A DNA stretch of 64,000 nt from a virus (Duplodnaviria > Heunggongvirae > Uroviricota > Caudoviricetes): IMG/VR virus record IMGVR_UViG_3300020718_000011, positions 1 to 64,000 of that record. One strand, given 5' to 3'. A program made the position numbers and the translations under genes. The notes under the pieces are model-generated. The model did no database searches and had not been told where the DNA came from. It worked only from the letters and a program-made list of their open reading frames with translations. Shown here piece by piece: positions 19,179 to 27,780 of the stretch; the stretch's first letter is position 1, and the number at the start of each line of letters is the position of its first letter.

Positions 19179-19433
19179 ATGGCAACCTTTGTAGCAGATA
19201 AGTACGATTGGAAAAATGATCCAGATCTTCCAAAGGCAGGAAGCATCATTAATGATGGCAAATGGGAAGTAGTAAAAGCCGAAGCCGTCACAGTAGAAAA
19301 ATTAATGGCTTGGGCAGAAGATTCTGGAGGTAGGGAACCCGATTTAGTAGAAGGTTCAGGAGCGGTTACTATTATGGACCATTCATCTAGACCCTTCCTT
19401 AAATATATTGTTTGGTATAAAAATGTAACATAA
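19179..19433 (+). CDS. hypothetical protein
   Basis: 84 aa on the plus strand; the overlapping minus-strand ORF 19175-19447 is treated as shadow. Confidence 0.4.
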   Translation: MATFVADKYDWKNDPDLPKAGSIINDGKWEVVKAEAVTVEKLMAWAEDSGGREPDLVEGSGAVTIMDHSSRPFLKYIVWYKNVT

Positions 19434-19792
19434 TGGCGAAGGATCACTTAATGCTTTATACAATGTATCCCGCTGAAAATCTGACAGGAGAATTAACTAC
19501 TACGTTAGACTTATGCGAATGTGGATTAAGAACAGCTACAACTCGTAGTTATCCATTAGGAAAGGTTGGAGAGATTATTACATTTAATAAAAGGCCACAG
19601 CAATATAGGATAACAGAAGTAGTCAAATTGGATACAGTAAATACGATTGATCCAATTTGGATTGAACAATGGTCTAATAAAGAACAGTGGACAATTAATC
19701 ATTTTCATAAAGTAATGGGAGGAAAAACCGTACATCTTGGATCGTGGCAAACCTCCTTTGAAAAAATACCAATGTCAAAACCTTTAATGTAA
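19433..19792 (+). CDS. hypothetical protein
   Basis: 119 aa; TAATG coupling. Confidence 0.45.
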   Translation: MAKDHLMLYTMYPAENLTGELTTTLDLCECGLRTATTRSYPLGKVGEIITFNKRPQQYRITEVVKLDTVNTIDPIWIEQWSNKEQWTINHFHKVMGGKTVHLGSWQTSFEKIPMSKPLM

Positions 19793-19796
19793 ATAT

Positions 19797-20270
19797 ATGA
19801 CTGAATTTGATTTAAGAGAACTAGCAAATGTAACTCATTCCATTTCTCATTTCCATAGCTTACATGCACAACTTATACAATTAGCCTCTCATGAGACACC
19901 AATTCAGGATGGGTTAAAAGATTATTGGACAAGAAGAGTTATGCCGCATACCAAAAATAAAAGTATGGGTTGGCTCGAGCCAGGATATGAGACCTCTTTA
20001 TGGAGACAATGTAATATACATATTATAATCCAAAATTGGGGTAGTACATCTGGTGGCTGGGGTGGAATAGGAGGTGCTGCAATGACAGATTCCTATACTA
20101 CCATTATAGAAAACAAAATTTTCTATATTGCTGGTGTATACTATGGAGGAAGGTTGGCTTATCTTGTAGAGATTAATGATGCCTATATGGAATATAAGAA
20201 AGTGGGGTTTATTAGTATGCCAGCAATGGATTCAACCAGTGGATTAAAAATTCTTTATAAAAGTAAGTAA
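19797..20270 (+). CDS. hypothetical protein
   Basis: 157 aa; Gly-rich WGSTSGGWGGIGGA segment. Confidence 0.45.
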   Translation: MTEFDLRELANVTHSISHFHSLHAQLIQLASHETPIQDGLKDYWTRRVMPHTKNKSMGWLEPGYETSLWRQCNIHIIIQNWGSTSGGWGGIGGAAMTDSYTTIIENKIFYIAGVYYGGRLAYLVEINDAYMEYKKVGFISMPAMDSTSGLKILYKSK

Positions 20271-20277
20271 TTTTAAT

Positions 20278-20652
20278 ATGGTACGATCAGATTTATTTTT
20301 GCCTCAAGAGTTATCTAATTTATTAATTAGTAAAGGATTTGATTGGGAGGTTATTGGAATTTATGGGGGATCCACTGGAATAATGCTATCTAGTGCGAGT
20401 GTTGGATTTAAATCTGCTCACCATTATTATGAAAAGAACGGAGCAATTCTTTGGTATCAGGCGGAAGGATTTTTACGACAAAAAGGATACTCAGTAGAGA
20501 TTTCTTCTTCTTATAGTAATAGGTATAAAACCATTATATACGTATGGGAAATTCGTGTAGCAGGTAAGGTATTTGCAAATCCACGTATTGAACATAATGA
20601 CCATGATAAATGTTTACATGAGGGAATAATCGAGTGTATAAAATTATTATAA
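20278..20652 (+). CDS. hypothetical protein
   Basis: 124-aa ORF. Confidence 0.45.
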   Translation: MVRSDLFLPQELSNLLISKGFDWEVIGIYGGSTGIMLSSASVGFKSAHHYYEKNGAILWYQAEGFLRQKGYSVEISSSYSNRYKTIIYVWEIRVAGKVFANPRIEHNDHDKCLHEGIIECIKLL

Positions 20653-20731
20653 TCTAGTTTCAGTTTGAATAGAAATCTATTAACTATTACATACTTAATT
20701 TCATTATAATAATTGGTAATATATACAGGAT

Positions 20732-21445
20732 ATGAAGAACCTTAAAGATATAAACGAATTCCTTAATGAGAACGAAGAATCTGTAACCTTTACGGGTGCG
20801 GATATGATTAATGGTACCAAAAAATGGGAAATTTGCGGTGAATATTTTGGAAGTTTGATGGGATTAAGTGAAAGGGAAAAGGCAGTTGCTGGTGAATTCG
20901 AATATCTTATATCAGAGGGGAAAGAACAATGGGATGATAAATGGGATGACTATGAAGATACGTTAGATGATGATGAGATAGATCTCAGTGAATACGTTCA
21001 AATGGAAACAGATGAAGAATTATTGGGCCATATGATCTGGAATACCGGGGATCAAGTCCATGATGGAGCATATACAGAAGAGGAAAATCCAGATGGAGGA
21101 TGGTTTAGTGAGGAGGATTTTGATATCGTTATGGAAAAATATGTTTTAGTACCGGGATTATCTAGACCAGACCATATAGAATTTTATTACCTAACTGGAA
21201 TGGCTTTTGTCAATTATATGATGGATAGAAATCCAGTCTTTTGTTGGAAATATTTAGGAAAGGACCAAGTTATTGATAGTATTAAGTCTAATGTAGAAAA
21301 AGGAGTTCCTATGGATTATCTCCAAATTATCAAAATGATGAATACCAAAATACCCAATATTAAACAAATCATGATTAAGAAAGGGATTAATATGGAACGA
21401 ATTAATAAATTATCTAAAGGCTTTCGTCTTCTCCAAAGAAAGTAA
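20732..21445 (+). CDS. acidic protein, MKxLK / KLxKAxxLLKRK family
   Basis: N-terminus MKNLKDINEFLNE and C-terminus GINMERINKLSKGFRLLQRK match the family motifs; highly acidic middle; ATATATA box upstream. Confidence 0.55.
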   Translation: MKNLKDINEFLNENEESVTFTGADMINGTKKWEICGEYFGSLMGLSEREKAVAGEFEYLISEGKEQWDDKWDDYEDTLDDDEIDLSEYVQMETDEELLGHMIWNTGDQVHDGAYTEEENPDGGWFSEEDFDIVMEKYVLVPGLSRPDHIEFYYLTGMAFVNYMMDRNPVFCWKYLGKDQVIDSIKSNVEKGVPMDYLQIIKMMNTKIPNIKQIMIKKGINMERINKLSKGFRLLQRK

Positions 21446-21488
21446 TATATGGAAGGAAACTTATGAAAAGATTCAATCTATAACATTT

Positions 21489-21905
21489 ATGAAGTTAACG
21501 ACTAGAAGAGAAAAGAATGCCAAATTAACATCTGATGAACTGGATGATAATTTTCTTTATCTTGAGAGCTTGTTTAAAACCCGGGGGAGTGTAACAATTT
21601 CTATTGAAGAATATAACAATCTTTTCCGATATAAGGAACAAATAGATAAAGGTTTAGTATCTGTTACTATCACTCATAAAAATGAAAAAGGGGACGATGT
21701 AAGTGTAGATAATACATTAATGCTCCAAAGAAATATTACCTCCCCGATAACAGAAATACTGAATGCCAATAGGAATATGTTAAAATTATTAGAAGGAAAG
21801 AATTCTGAAATACTAAATTCCTATAAAAATGGTAAACTCCCATACAAAAGACCAAGCTTATGGCAGCATATCAAAGATTGGTTTAAAAATTCCCTTTGGC
21901 AATAA
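21489..21905 (+). CDS. small protein with fibre-type N-terminal motif
   Basis: MKLTTRREKNAKLTSDELDDNFLYL resembles the N-termini of fibre proteins 25616-27442 and 27773-29506. Confidence 0.5.
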   Translation: MKLTTRREKNAKLTSDELDDNFLYLESLFKTRGSVTISIEEYNNLFRYKEQIDKGLVSVTITHKNEKGDDVSVDNTLMLQRNITSPITEILNANRNMLKLLEGKNSEILNSYKNGKLPYKRPSLWQHIKDWFKNSLWQ

Positions 21906-21916
21906 ATTTTATATTA

Positions 21917-21970
21917 TCTTTAACATTTGGTATTTTTTTATTTAGAAACTTTTTATTATATTTGTATTCA
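21917..21970 (+). promoter_or_regulatory. class-A phage promoter
   Basis: atctttaacatttggtatttttttatttagaaactttttattatatttgtattca; drives 21982. Confidence 0.6.
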
Positions 21971-21981
21971 ATTAATTGAAT

Positions 21982-22302
21982 ATGAAAGATAAGGATTATA
22001 CATGGGATTCAGAATTTGCAGGCTATGTTAGCATGGGATCTACCCATGAATTTGCTATAGTCCAAATAAAGGATAAGTTCTTCATTGAAGATATTAGGGG
22101 TGAGGATCTTATGAATGCTCCTAGGTTACCATTGATAAAAGAATTAGCCAATCTCTATATAAATCAATTACAAGCATATTTAGATCAGGACCCTGATAAT
22201 CAGGAAAGCGAAAGACTTTATAATGGGGGCCTATTCAACAATATGTGTATTGAGTATTTTAAAGAAAACGCAGAAGAAAAACGAATTTTAGATAGTATAT
22301 GA
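21982..22302 (+). CDS. hypothetical protein
   Basis: Track start 21976 is TTG; the ATG (MKDKDY) 6 nt downstream follows promoter 21917-21970. Confidence 0.45.
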   Translation: MKDKDYTWDSEFAGYVSMGSTHEFAIVQIKDKFFIEDIRGEDLMNAPRLPLIKELANLYINQLQAYLDQDPDNQESERLYNGGLFNNMCIEYFKENAEEKRILDSI

Positions 22303-22511
22303 AAAAGGTAACAAATACACTCCTAATTGTAGTTGGAGGAATATTATTAATAGGACTAGGAATTACCGGTGGTGGGTTAGTAACTCAGGCTTTTAAAATA
22401 GAAGTACCTGAAAGAGTTGGAACCACCATTGAAAATACCAAACCAAATATTGACACTATACATTATCCAGCAATTAATCCACATGATTTGGATATGTGTG
22501 ATAACTATTAA
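22299..22511 (+). CDS. small membrane protein
   Basis: 70 aa; N-terminal TM helix LLIVVGGILLIGLGITGGGL; ATGA overlap. Confidence 0.4.
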   Translation: MKKVTNTLLIVVGGILLIGLGITGGGLVTQAFKIEVPERVGTTIENTKPNIDTIHYPAINPHDLDMCDNY

Positions 22512-22514
22512 TCC

Positions 22515-22838
22515 ATGGCTAAAAATAAAGAACGAATACTCTGTGCAGCTATACTTTTTAATGGAAGATTAGTAGCTGGGTATCGACATAGTGATTGCTA
22601 TGAATTAATAGAATCTTTGATCCCAGATTTAAAGTTACCAGAAAGCCTTCCTCATGGATTTCTTACATCTCATAAACGTTATGTGAGTAGGGAGGAAGGA
22701 TATTTGATTGCCAAGGAGAATGACCAATTGTTACTTAAACCAAAATTGGATGATAGAGGAGAAATACTAACCTCTGAGGATCTTTATTTTGATCCAGAGG
22801 ATTTCTTTGGATTAACAAAAAAAGTATATGTTGGTTAA
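22515..22838 (+). CDS. hypothetical protein
   Basis: 107-aa ORF. Confidence 0.45.
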   Translation: MAKNKERILCAAILFNGRLVAGYRHSDCYELIESLIPDLKLPESLPHGFLTSHKRYVSREEGYLIAKENDQLLLKPKLDDRGEILTSEDLYFDPEDFFGLTKKVYVG

Positions 22839-23061
22839 TTTTGCACCACTTACCCAAAATACATATAACATTATAAATATAATGGTTAATGATGGTGTTG
22901 TAGCAGATTATAAGAAATTGATTGGATTGGTTGAAAGTGACCTACCTGGTATAGATATAAGAAATGAAATGATTAGAAGGGGATTTGATTTCGAGAAGGC
23001 CATGAAATTAACTAGGGCCAAAATGATTCTAAAACGAAACCCTAATTCGTTTACCGAGTAA
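22828..23061 (+). CDS. hypothetical protein
   Basis: 77 aa; last gene of the plus block. Confidence 0.4.
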   Translation: MLVNFAPLTQNTYNIINIMVNDGVVADYKKLIGLVESDLPGIDIRNEMIRRGFDFEKAMKLTRAKMILKRNPNSFTE

Positions 23062-23305
23062 GTTTCTTATTATTTCCCAGCTGTACAAATATATCATGTG
23101 CATTACTATATGCTTCGTCAGTTGGACAATATGTGTGCCCATCTGGCATTAATTCTCCATAGCCGTTATTAGCAAACATATAAACCAGTGATGGCTTACT
23201 AGGCATTGTAGTTCTATTCGATACTATGGAGATTCCATTTATTACTAAGCTCCAAGAGGTTAGATCCATGGAAAATGTTAATGTGTAATAACTAGGTGAT
23301 GACAT
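23051..23305 (-). CDS. hypothetical protein (fibre module, distal)
   Basis: 84 aa, last gene of the minus-strand fibre operon. Confidence 0.4.
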   Translation of the reverse strand: MSSPSYYTLTFSMDLTSWSLVINGISIVSNRTTMPSKPSLVYMFANNGYGELMPDGHTYCPTDEAYSNAHDIFVQLGNNKKLTR

Positions 23306-23643
23306 TATAATATAGTTAGATTAGATATTTTTCCGGAAATGGTATCATAATTAAAAGAAACCTTAGTTTGTTTTAATATTAATTTACCCTTCTGATCCTT
23401 TGTAAGTACTTCTTTATTATATTGAATAGTACGAGCTGGACTAGTTTCTTCAAGTGTAATCGAAGTGGGAATTATATTAGATTCATATTTAGTATCAATA
23501 AATACAAATCCATTAGGTAGATCTGATTCTTTAAAAAATATATTGGGTTGTAATGGATCAGAAGATGCATCAACCAATATACTACCAGATTTGGTAATTT
23601 TATTATAGCTTAATATTATTCCTGTATATGCTTTTGCTGCCAT
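23305..23643 (-). CDS. hypothetical protein (possible fibre assembly/accessory)
   Basis: 112 aa immediately downstream of the 500-aa fibre-like gene. Confidence 0.45.
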   Translation of the reverse strand: MAAKAYTGIILSYNKITKSGSILVDASSDPLQPNIFFKESDLPNGFVFIDTKYESNIIPTSITLEETSPARTIQYNKEVLTKDQKGKLILKQTKVSFNYDTISGKISNLTIL

Positions 23644-23656
23644 TTTTTATTTTTTA

Positions 23657-25159
23657 TTAATCATAATAGTAATCTAATACCACATTATAGGCGAGTAGAT
23701 TTCCAGTATAATTTCCATCTACATCTTTTTCTCTCCAGAAACTAATCTCTCCTCCTTGCCCTCTATTTCCTATAGAAAATGGATCGGTTATAGGAGTTCC
23801 ATCATACCAAGTAGCTCCCCAGTTTCCAGGACCGAAATATTGGATTGTTCCAGCAGGAACTGTTATTTTAAAGTAATCAGGTAGCCACTGAAAGTTAGCA
23901 ATTACCCAAACCGTTGTATCTGAGGTTCCATCTCCTCCACCAATTACTATTTCTCCTGTCCAGTGTGAATATTGGTCAATATTTGCATCTATTAGAAATC
24001 CGTCCTGTATATAAAAAGTTCTTCTTAATGTACTTATACCTTCTGTCAAATTTACTGTTCCATAAAATGGCTGGTCTAAATAAATTACATCCCAATTCCA
24101 AGGTCTCCCAGTAAATGTACCAGATACTACTTGTCCTGCTTGCAAAGCACTTACGTCTAATATAACCTGATTATTTAATTCTACTCCATTTAATGAACAG
24201 TAAGATCCATTTGAGTTTATATATGAATATCCCCTAAAAGCAGATGCCTCCATAGATATATTAGCATTAACATAATTACTTCCTCCATCCTGTGAAAGAT
24301 CATTATCCCAAAAATTATCATTATTGAAAGGAAATGGATTATCGCTATAATGTGTTGACTTATTGTTATTAGAATCCCATTCTAATGAAGGTGAGGAAGA
24401 TTGGTCTTGTCCCCAAATTCCCCCATCTAAAAAATATTTTACGTTTCCAAAATAACCAAATGACAACGGAGGGGTATCTCCAGATTCTACTACCAATGTA
24501 ATTATAGTTGTACTATAATTTGTCTGGTCTATTGTATTCATCTCATATAGGTAGATATTGGTATTGTAATCAGTATACCAATTATCTTGATATCCATTAG
24601 TAAAATTACTAATTAACGTTGTCAATAGATTTGTTGATTGGTCAAATTCTATAGTATTTGATATTTGTGTTGATCCTATCATTAGATGGAATGCCCCGCT
24701 AGTATCTCCAGAATAACCACCTATTATTATTTCCCCTGGAATATATAAGGGTCTCTTAATTAAAATATTTTGATTAACTAACCCTTGTTTTACGTCTACG
24801 TAAATTCCAGAGCCAAAATCAGAGAAGATATCAGTAATATTATATTTACCATTAGCATAAAAACCCAAATTCTCAAATTGAGAAAGTGTTAGAGGAATAT
24901 ACCCATCATAAGTTAGAATCCTCTTTGAAAGGGATCTACTATAAGTTCCATCATATAGTAGTGTTAACTGATCACTATTATTTCCATCATACCTCGCAAT
25001 TAAATTAACGTTACCATCATCTATTAATATCTGATTAGAACTTATTGAATTGACATTAGCTGATTGGACCATTATCTGAATTCCATTAGCTGGTACTAAA
25101 GTAAATGGAAATCCCGAATTAGGTGCATTGTTAATTTGATTTATTATATATGTTGGCAT
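23657..25159 (-). CDS. tail fibre / receptor-binding-like protein
   Basis: 500 aa, Asn/Gly/Ser/Thr/Tyr-rich beta-rich composition typical of fibres; in the fibre operon. Confidence 0.5.
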   Translation of the reverse strand: MPTYIINQINNAPNSGFPFTLVPANGIQIMVQSANVNSISSNQILIDDGNVNLIARYDGNNSDQLTLLYDGTYSRSLSKRILTYDGYIPLTLSQFENLGFYANGKYNITDIFSDFGSGIYVDVKQGLVNQNILIKRPLYIPGEIIIGGYSGDTSGAFHLMIGSTQISNTIEFDQSTNLLTTLISNFTNGYQDNWYTDYNTNIYLYEMNTIDQTNYSTTIITLVVESGDTPPLSFGYFGNVKYFLDGGIWGQDQSSSPSLEWDSNNNKSTHYSDNPFPFNNDNFWDNDLSQDGGSNYVNANISMEASAFRGYSYINSNGSYCSLNGVELNNQVILDVSALQAGQVVSGTFTGRPWNWDVIYLDQPFYGTVNLTEGISTLRRTFYIQDGFLIDANIDQYSHWTGEIVIGGGDGTSDTTVWVIANFQWLPDYFKITVPAGTIQYFGPGNWGATWYDGTPITDPFSIGNRGQGGEISFWREKDVDGNYTGNLLAYNVVLDYYYD

Positions 25160-25644
25160 TTTAAATGGTCATAAATTATATTCACTATATTATTTTCTTT
25201 TATACCTTTATTTGGATACTTTGCCCAGGCTAGGTTAGTTACATCTATATATAGATCATCTACTACAACCCAATTTTCTACCTCATTATTTTGTAGCCAA
25301 TTCAAGATTTCTAATTTCCTATTTTCCTGTATAGATAAACCATTAAATCTAATTATAGGAGTAAATCCTATTGGTCTTTTAATAACCCCTTGTTTTATAT
25401 AAAAATCCCCCATATAATCCAGGGATACTCCAAATCTCCAATCAGAGGATATTACTATCTCACTATTTGTTTCTTCTAATATTCGATTTAATATTTTAAC
25501 TGCATCCTTATCAAAATCTTCAAATTTATTATGGCCTTTTAATTCGGAATATGTTGGAAGACTTGTTTTCTCCCTTATGATTTCCTTATTACTAAGACAC
25601 ATAATGCCATAATGGTCAAGAAATAAAACATTCATAATTTTCAA
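25144..25644 (-). CDS. HAD-fold-like protein (motif I degenerate)
   Basis: NVLFLDHYGIM (DxDG-like, second Asp missing) and WVVVDDLYID (HAD motif IV-like); overlaps the 3' end of the Hint-containing fibre gene. Confidence 0.35.
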   Translation of the reverse strand: MKIMNVLFLDHYGIMCLSNKEIIREKTSLPTYSELKGHNKFEDFDKDAVKILNRILEETNSEIVISSDWRFGVSLDYMGDFYIKQGVIKRPIGFTPIIRFNGLSIQENRKLEILNWLQNNEVENWVVVDDLYIDVTNLAWAKYPNKGIKENNIVNIIYDHLKCQHI

Positions 25645-27442
25645 ATTTTAATAAATTGTTAACATATTTTTCTATAGCAGATAAATCAAATACTTGTTCT
25701 GCTAATCTAAGCCCTTCATAATATTTATTTGGTATGTTTTCAAATTCATTCCTTTCTCTCATATTCCTGTTATCTTTAATAAATTTCATATTCTCTATAG
25801 GGTAAATATTATTATATCTGCATGAAGTTAATATATCATTTCCAAATAGATTTATGTGACCAGAAGTAATAATATTATAGTATTCTACATCCTCATTTAT
25901 AACTTCTTTACTTATTAGTTTAATTTCTTTACTATGTGAATTGAATGTGGTTGTTCCAATTGGAGTATCCTCTGTCATGGGGTATGTAAACATCCCCCTC
26001 TCTTTATTAAAAATCCTATGTTGACTAATGGTTTTTAATTCAGTCCCGTCACTAAAGGTCAATAGGTTATATTTGTTAGAAGTTCCTGGTAATTTAATCC
26101 ATAATGGCTTTGCAGAATCAAATCTTCCTTCATCAAAGTTCCAAACCATTAATGCATCCTCATAAGTAATATCTTCAATATTCTTATAGGAATAGTTAGA
26201 AAGTAATATTCTCGTACCTTTGGCTAAACATAATTCTAATATATTAATAATACCACAATATTGATAACCACTAAGATCTAATGTAGTTCCTGATAAAACT
26301 TGATCAATATAAAGGTTTACCGAGAAGGTAGAAATAGTATTGGTTAATACACATTTAGAATAGCTAATATCTGTAGGGAATGTGAAAACGCTCATATCAT
26401 TTGAATAAGAACACTCATAATGAGAGGTATCATTATTTAAAGAAATAGTACTAAAAGACCATCCATACCCGAATCCATTAAACTCGCAGTGCATAACATC
26501 ACCTTGGTTATTATAATGACTTACATAGGAATTGTTTTTATAGGTTGCATAAATTTCACCAGAATTACTATCTGCCCAGAAATATGATGTATCCTCTACA
26601 TATATTACTATAGTTCCGCTATTATTATTCGTTTGTATTCCTGAACTAAATCCCCTAACGTGACCTTCTATAGATCCAGTATTATAAGGAGCATAATAAG
26701 CCTGATAGTTGCCATTAACATCAACAAATATACTTCCCTGGTTACTATATAGATATACGTAAGCAGATGTTCCAGTTATCGTCCCAGTTATCGTCCCAGA
26801 ATTATTTAATGTGTCTATAGTTACTTCGTAAGTATTTATAATAAAATCGTGTATATTATCATCTCCCCATTGGAAATTAGTTAAATTACTACCACCTAAT
26901 GGTATTCTATTCCCTCTCTTATCTTCTCTCCAATATAATACATCCGATCCAAAATTATATTGTACTTTATCCCAATCCAAAATATATCCTTCCGTTAAAT
27001 TAGCAGTGAGTATACTATAAGCATTTCCGTTCTGATCTGGGGGTGTACCATTTATAGAAGTAATATCAACTACTTCATAATGAGAATTGTTCCATATAAC
27101 AATATCAGCATTATTATATCCGCTCTCTGAAAGTTGTTTCCAGACACCCCTAATATTGGAAGACAATTGACCCACCAGCTGAAAATCTGCTACATAAAAA
27201 CTTGCTATTGCATTCTCATCAATCGTATTAGGGGTTGTACAAAAAGCTATTAGCCCCGCATCTCCTCTATCCGAAATAAATATATGATAACCAGCAGGCA
27301 ATAGATTATTACCCTGGGTAGTTACCCAGTTTGCATAGGTATCGCTAATGATACCACCACCAGAGGATAATAATTCAAAATTATTATCTAAATCCGCCAT
27401 AGTTAATCTTGATCCCTTATCCCTTTTTAATATTAGACTCAT
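25616..27442 (-). CDS. tail-fibre-like protein with C-terminal Hint/intein-like domain plus 68-aa C-terminal module
   Basis: N-terminal MSLILKRDKGSRLTMADLDNNFELL fibre motif; Asn-rich repeats; aa 405-540 CLAKGTRILL..DGTELKTISQHRIF..VEYYNIITSGHINLFGNDILTS-C match intein/Hint blocks A, B, F, G. Confidence 0.6.
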   Translation of the reverse strand: MSLILKRDKGSRLTMADLDNNFELLSSGGGIISDTYANWVTTQGNNLLPAGYHIFISDRGDAGLIAFCTTPNTIDENAIASFYVADFQLVGQLSSNIRGVWKQLSESGYNNADIVIWNNSHYEVVDITSINGTPPDQNGNAYSILTANLTEGYILDWDKVQYNFGSDVLYWREDKRGNRIPLGGSNLTNFQWGDDNIHDFIINTYEVTIDTLNNSGTITGTITGTSAYVYLYSNQGSIFVDVNGNYQAYYAPYNTGSIEGHVRGFSSGIQTNNNSGTIVIYVEDTSYFWADSNSGEIYATYKNNSYVSHYNNQGDVMHCEFNGFGYGWSFSTISLNNDTSHYECSYSNDMSVFTFPTDISYSKCVLTNTISTFSVNLYIDQVLSGTTLDLSGYQYCGIINILELCLAKGTRILLSNYSYKNIEDITYEDALMVWNFDEGRFDSAKPLWIKLPGTSNKYNLLTFSDGTELKTISQHRIFNKERGMFTYPMTEDTPIGTTTFNSHSKEIKLISKEVINEDVEYYNIITSGHINLFGNDILTSCRYNNIYPIENMKFIKDNRNMRERNEFENIPNKYYEGLRLAEQVFDLSAIEKYVNNLLKFENYECFIS

Positions 27443-27453
27443 TTTAACTTCTT

Positions 27454-27780
27454 TTATTTAACTACTGCCATAAAAGGGGAATTGTTTACCTTATGTCCAA
27501 TATCACCTCTAACAATATCTCCAACTTTTAATTGATAGTTAACATCGATAACAATATCACCATTAACTGTTATCTCATAATTTTTTATCATATTAACTGC
27601 ATCTTGTAATGGAATAGATATTAATTCTGCAACAAAATTAGGAAATGCTTCAATAGACAATCTCCTTGTCTTATCTGTTACCTTTGGGTAATATTTTTTA
27701 TACTTACTATTAAAATCCCTTCTTATCTGATCCTTTTGTTGGGCTTTAGATAAAATACCGGATCCATTTGAATTAGTCAT
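27454..27780 (-). CDS. small protein, possible S4-like fold
   Basis: C-terminal ITVNGDIVIDVNYQLKVGDIV resembles the S4 motif (VNG..V....L..GD.I); sits between two fibre genes. Confidence 0.3.
   Translation of the reverse strand: MTNSNGSGILSKAQQKDQIRRDFNSKYKKYYPKVTDKTRRLSIEAFPNFVAELISIPLQDAVNMIKNYEITVNGDIVIDVNYQLKVGDIVRGDIGHKVNNSPFMAVVK

Noticed and set aside
19175-19447. Minus-strand ORF 19175-19447 overlapping plus-strand ORF 19179-19433
   Set aside because: The plus-strand ORF is in frame-coupled continuity with the surrounding plus-strand operon (TAATG with the next gene). The minus ORF is isolated within a 14-kb plus-strand block.
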